Origin: Vitrella brassicaformis CCMP3155
Lineage: Eukaryota; Protista; Chromerida
Assembly: GCA_001179505.1 (NCBI GenBank)
Contig: CDMY01000086.1
Coordinates: 124,001-188,000 of the forward strand
Direction: 5' to 3'
DNA: 64,000 bases
Shown: piece by piece, positions 62,427-64,000 of the stretch
Layout: each line of letters begins with the position of its first letter
Position numbering within the stretch: the stretch's first letter is position 1
The notes under the pieces: generated by a model
What the model was told of the DNA's origin: nothing
Database searches by the model: none
The model's input: the letters and a program-made list of their open reading frames with translations, nothing else
Translations under genes and position numbers: made by a program

Positions 62427-64000
62427 ATGACGCAGGTCTTTCCTTGGCTGATTCTATTTTTCTCACTCAACATCTCAGCAGCTTTCAGGACAACAAGACA
62501 CGGTGCCTTTCGCCACATGGAGGCGGCATTCACCCCGCCGCACAGCAGCGTCGTGTGCGGGAACATGCGGCCAACAAGATCCTCTGCTGCACTGCGTGCA
62601 AAGCGCCAGGGTGGACCCGCACCTGTGGAGCACAAGAGGCGGAGCGGGCAGAAGGGGGGCAACAAGCCGCAGACCAGTGCATCTCGGGCCAAGGAGGAGA
62701 CTGGGGTGTTCACTTCTGACGAAATGCGCGATTTGAAAGACCTCCAGGCATGCAACGAGAGCACAGTGCGCAGGAGGCCGGACGGGATGATTGGTTCCGT
62801 TCTGTGTGTGTCCTGACTGCTTCAGGGTTCTCCCTCTCTGTGGGAAGCGACCCTTGAGGCGCGCAAGCAGTACCCACAGGTCGGCATGCACGGCACAAGA
62901 CACTGTTAATGATCAAAGTCAGACCGTATGTGCGGTTGGTTTGTTGATCCATCAGCTGCCGCGTGAGGCAGCATTGCGCGAGTACCTCAAGGCAAGCAGG
63001 CCCACACAGCCGCCACAGGCACACGACGAAGTACCCGCCGTAACGCCCGTCAAGCGGCGAAGGAGAACCCCCAAGACACAGCAGCCCAGGCCGCTTCCTG
63101 CAGCAGCTGCAGCCACCAACCAGACGGCGGACCATTTGCATCTGCCGCTTGCTGCAAGGGAGAGGCCATCTGTAGCGGCTGGTGCTGTGGCAGCTGGCGA
63201 GCCCCCCGTGTCATCCTCACGTAATGGCAGCGATGTCTATCAGCAGCTCAATGTAGCTGACGGGTCGGTGTACATCCCGGGGCTCTCAGCACCCGACGGA
63301 CAGGTACTGTCGAACACTCACAGACAATGCCATCCGTCTATCGTCCTGTCGACCATCCTCTCCCCCTTTGCGTGTGTGCGTGCAGGTGCCGTCGAGCACA
63401 TCGTTATCCTGGGCGAGAGCCCCAGCGTCTGCCGGCAGCGGGGCCGCTGCTCTCCCCGTCCTTCGTCAACAGATTCCATCCTCCCCCCTGGCCCCTCCCA
63501 TCAACACCACATGGGAGGCGGGCGCCACGCTGGCCACCATAATGGCACAGGGGTTCAAGACCATCACTGGGGGCGGCGACTTCGCCCGCCTCTACGCTTC
63601 CCTCGCCAACCTGCGGGCACTCACGAAAGAACAGACGCCGGTAGGAAGCCGCTCTGCCCACACACATGCAAAGATCCATGTGTGTGCATCCGTGTGTGTC
63701 CTCGGTGTTCTCATGCAGATGTATGGCCGCTACGCGGATCTGAGGGGCCTGGTGGTCCGTCTCAATCAGACGGTCCGTGACCGCAAGGTCCGCTACTCGC
63801 GGGAGGCCCTCGAGCGCCGACTGGCTTCCATCACATTGCCTGGCCTGAACGACGACTATGGCAGCAGCCTTGTAGGCCAGGAAGACCACAGCCAGAACCC
63901 GCTGGCCGCCGTGTCTGAGTGGCTGGAGGCCCTGCTGCGGCAGGAGGGGCCTACTGGGGCTGTCGAAGCCAACGTGACGCGGGCACTGCGTCTGCTGAAT
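62427..64000 (+). CDS. Hypothetical protein with bipartite (signal + transit) plastid-targeting-like leader; 3' incomplete
   Basis: MTQVFPWLILFFSLNISA-AF followed by Arg/Ser/Thr-rich RTTRHGAFRH. Spliced exons continue to the window end (..FARLYASLANLRAL|MYGRYADLRGLVVRLNQ..). Confidence 0.65.

Overview
Intron-rich, GC-rich eukaryotic nuclear DNA with short GT-AG introns full of (AC)n, (AGAC)n, (GGAT)n and (AGGC)n microsatellites. Gene content and style best fit a chromerid alveolate such as Vitrella; this is an inference, not a database match. About 18-19 spliced genes, most in head-to-head pairs. Recognisable products: kynurenine 3-monooxygenase, BIRC6-type E2 with an extra UBC-like domain, trehalose-6-phosphate synthase/phosphatase-like protein, ABCC transporter, multi-TM+TPR protein, ACT-repeat protein, IQ protein, TM9SF, a kinase-fragment/USP-fragment chimera, VOC (COG3565) protein, a small secreted Cys-rich peptide, SNF5-like protein, SLC43/ApiAT-like MFS transporter, intronless PEX19, and several orphans. 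There is also a 300-nt assembly gap and an inverted telomere-like repeat block. No CRISPR array, rRNA, tRNA or transposase was seen. Gene spans include introns. Exon boundaries were read by eye and are approximate.
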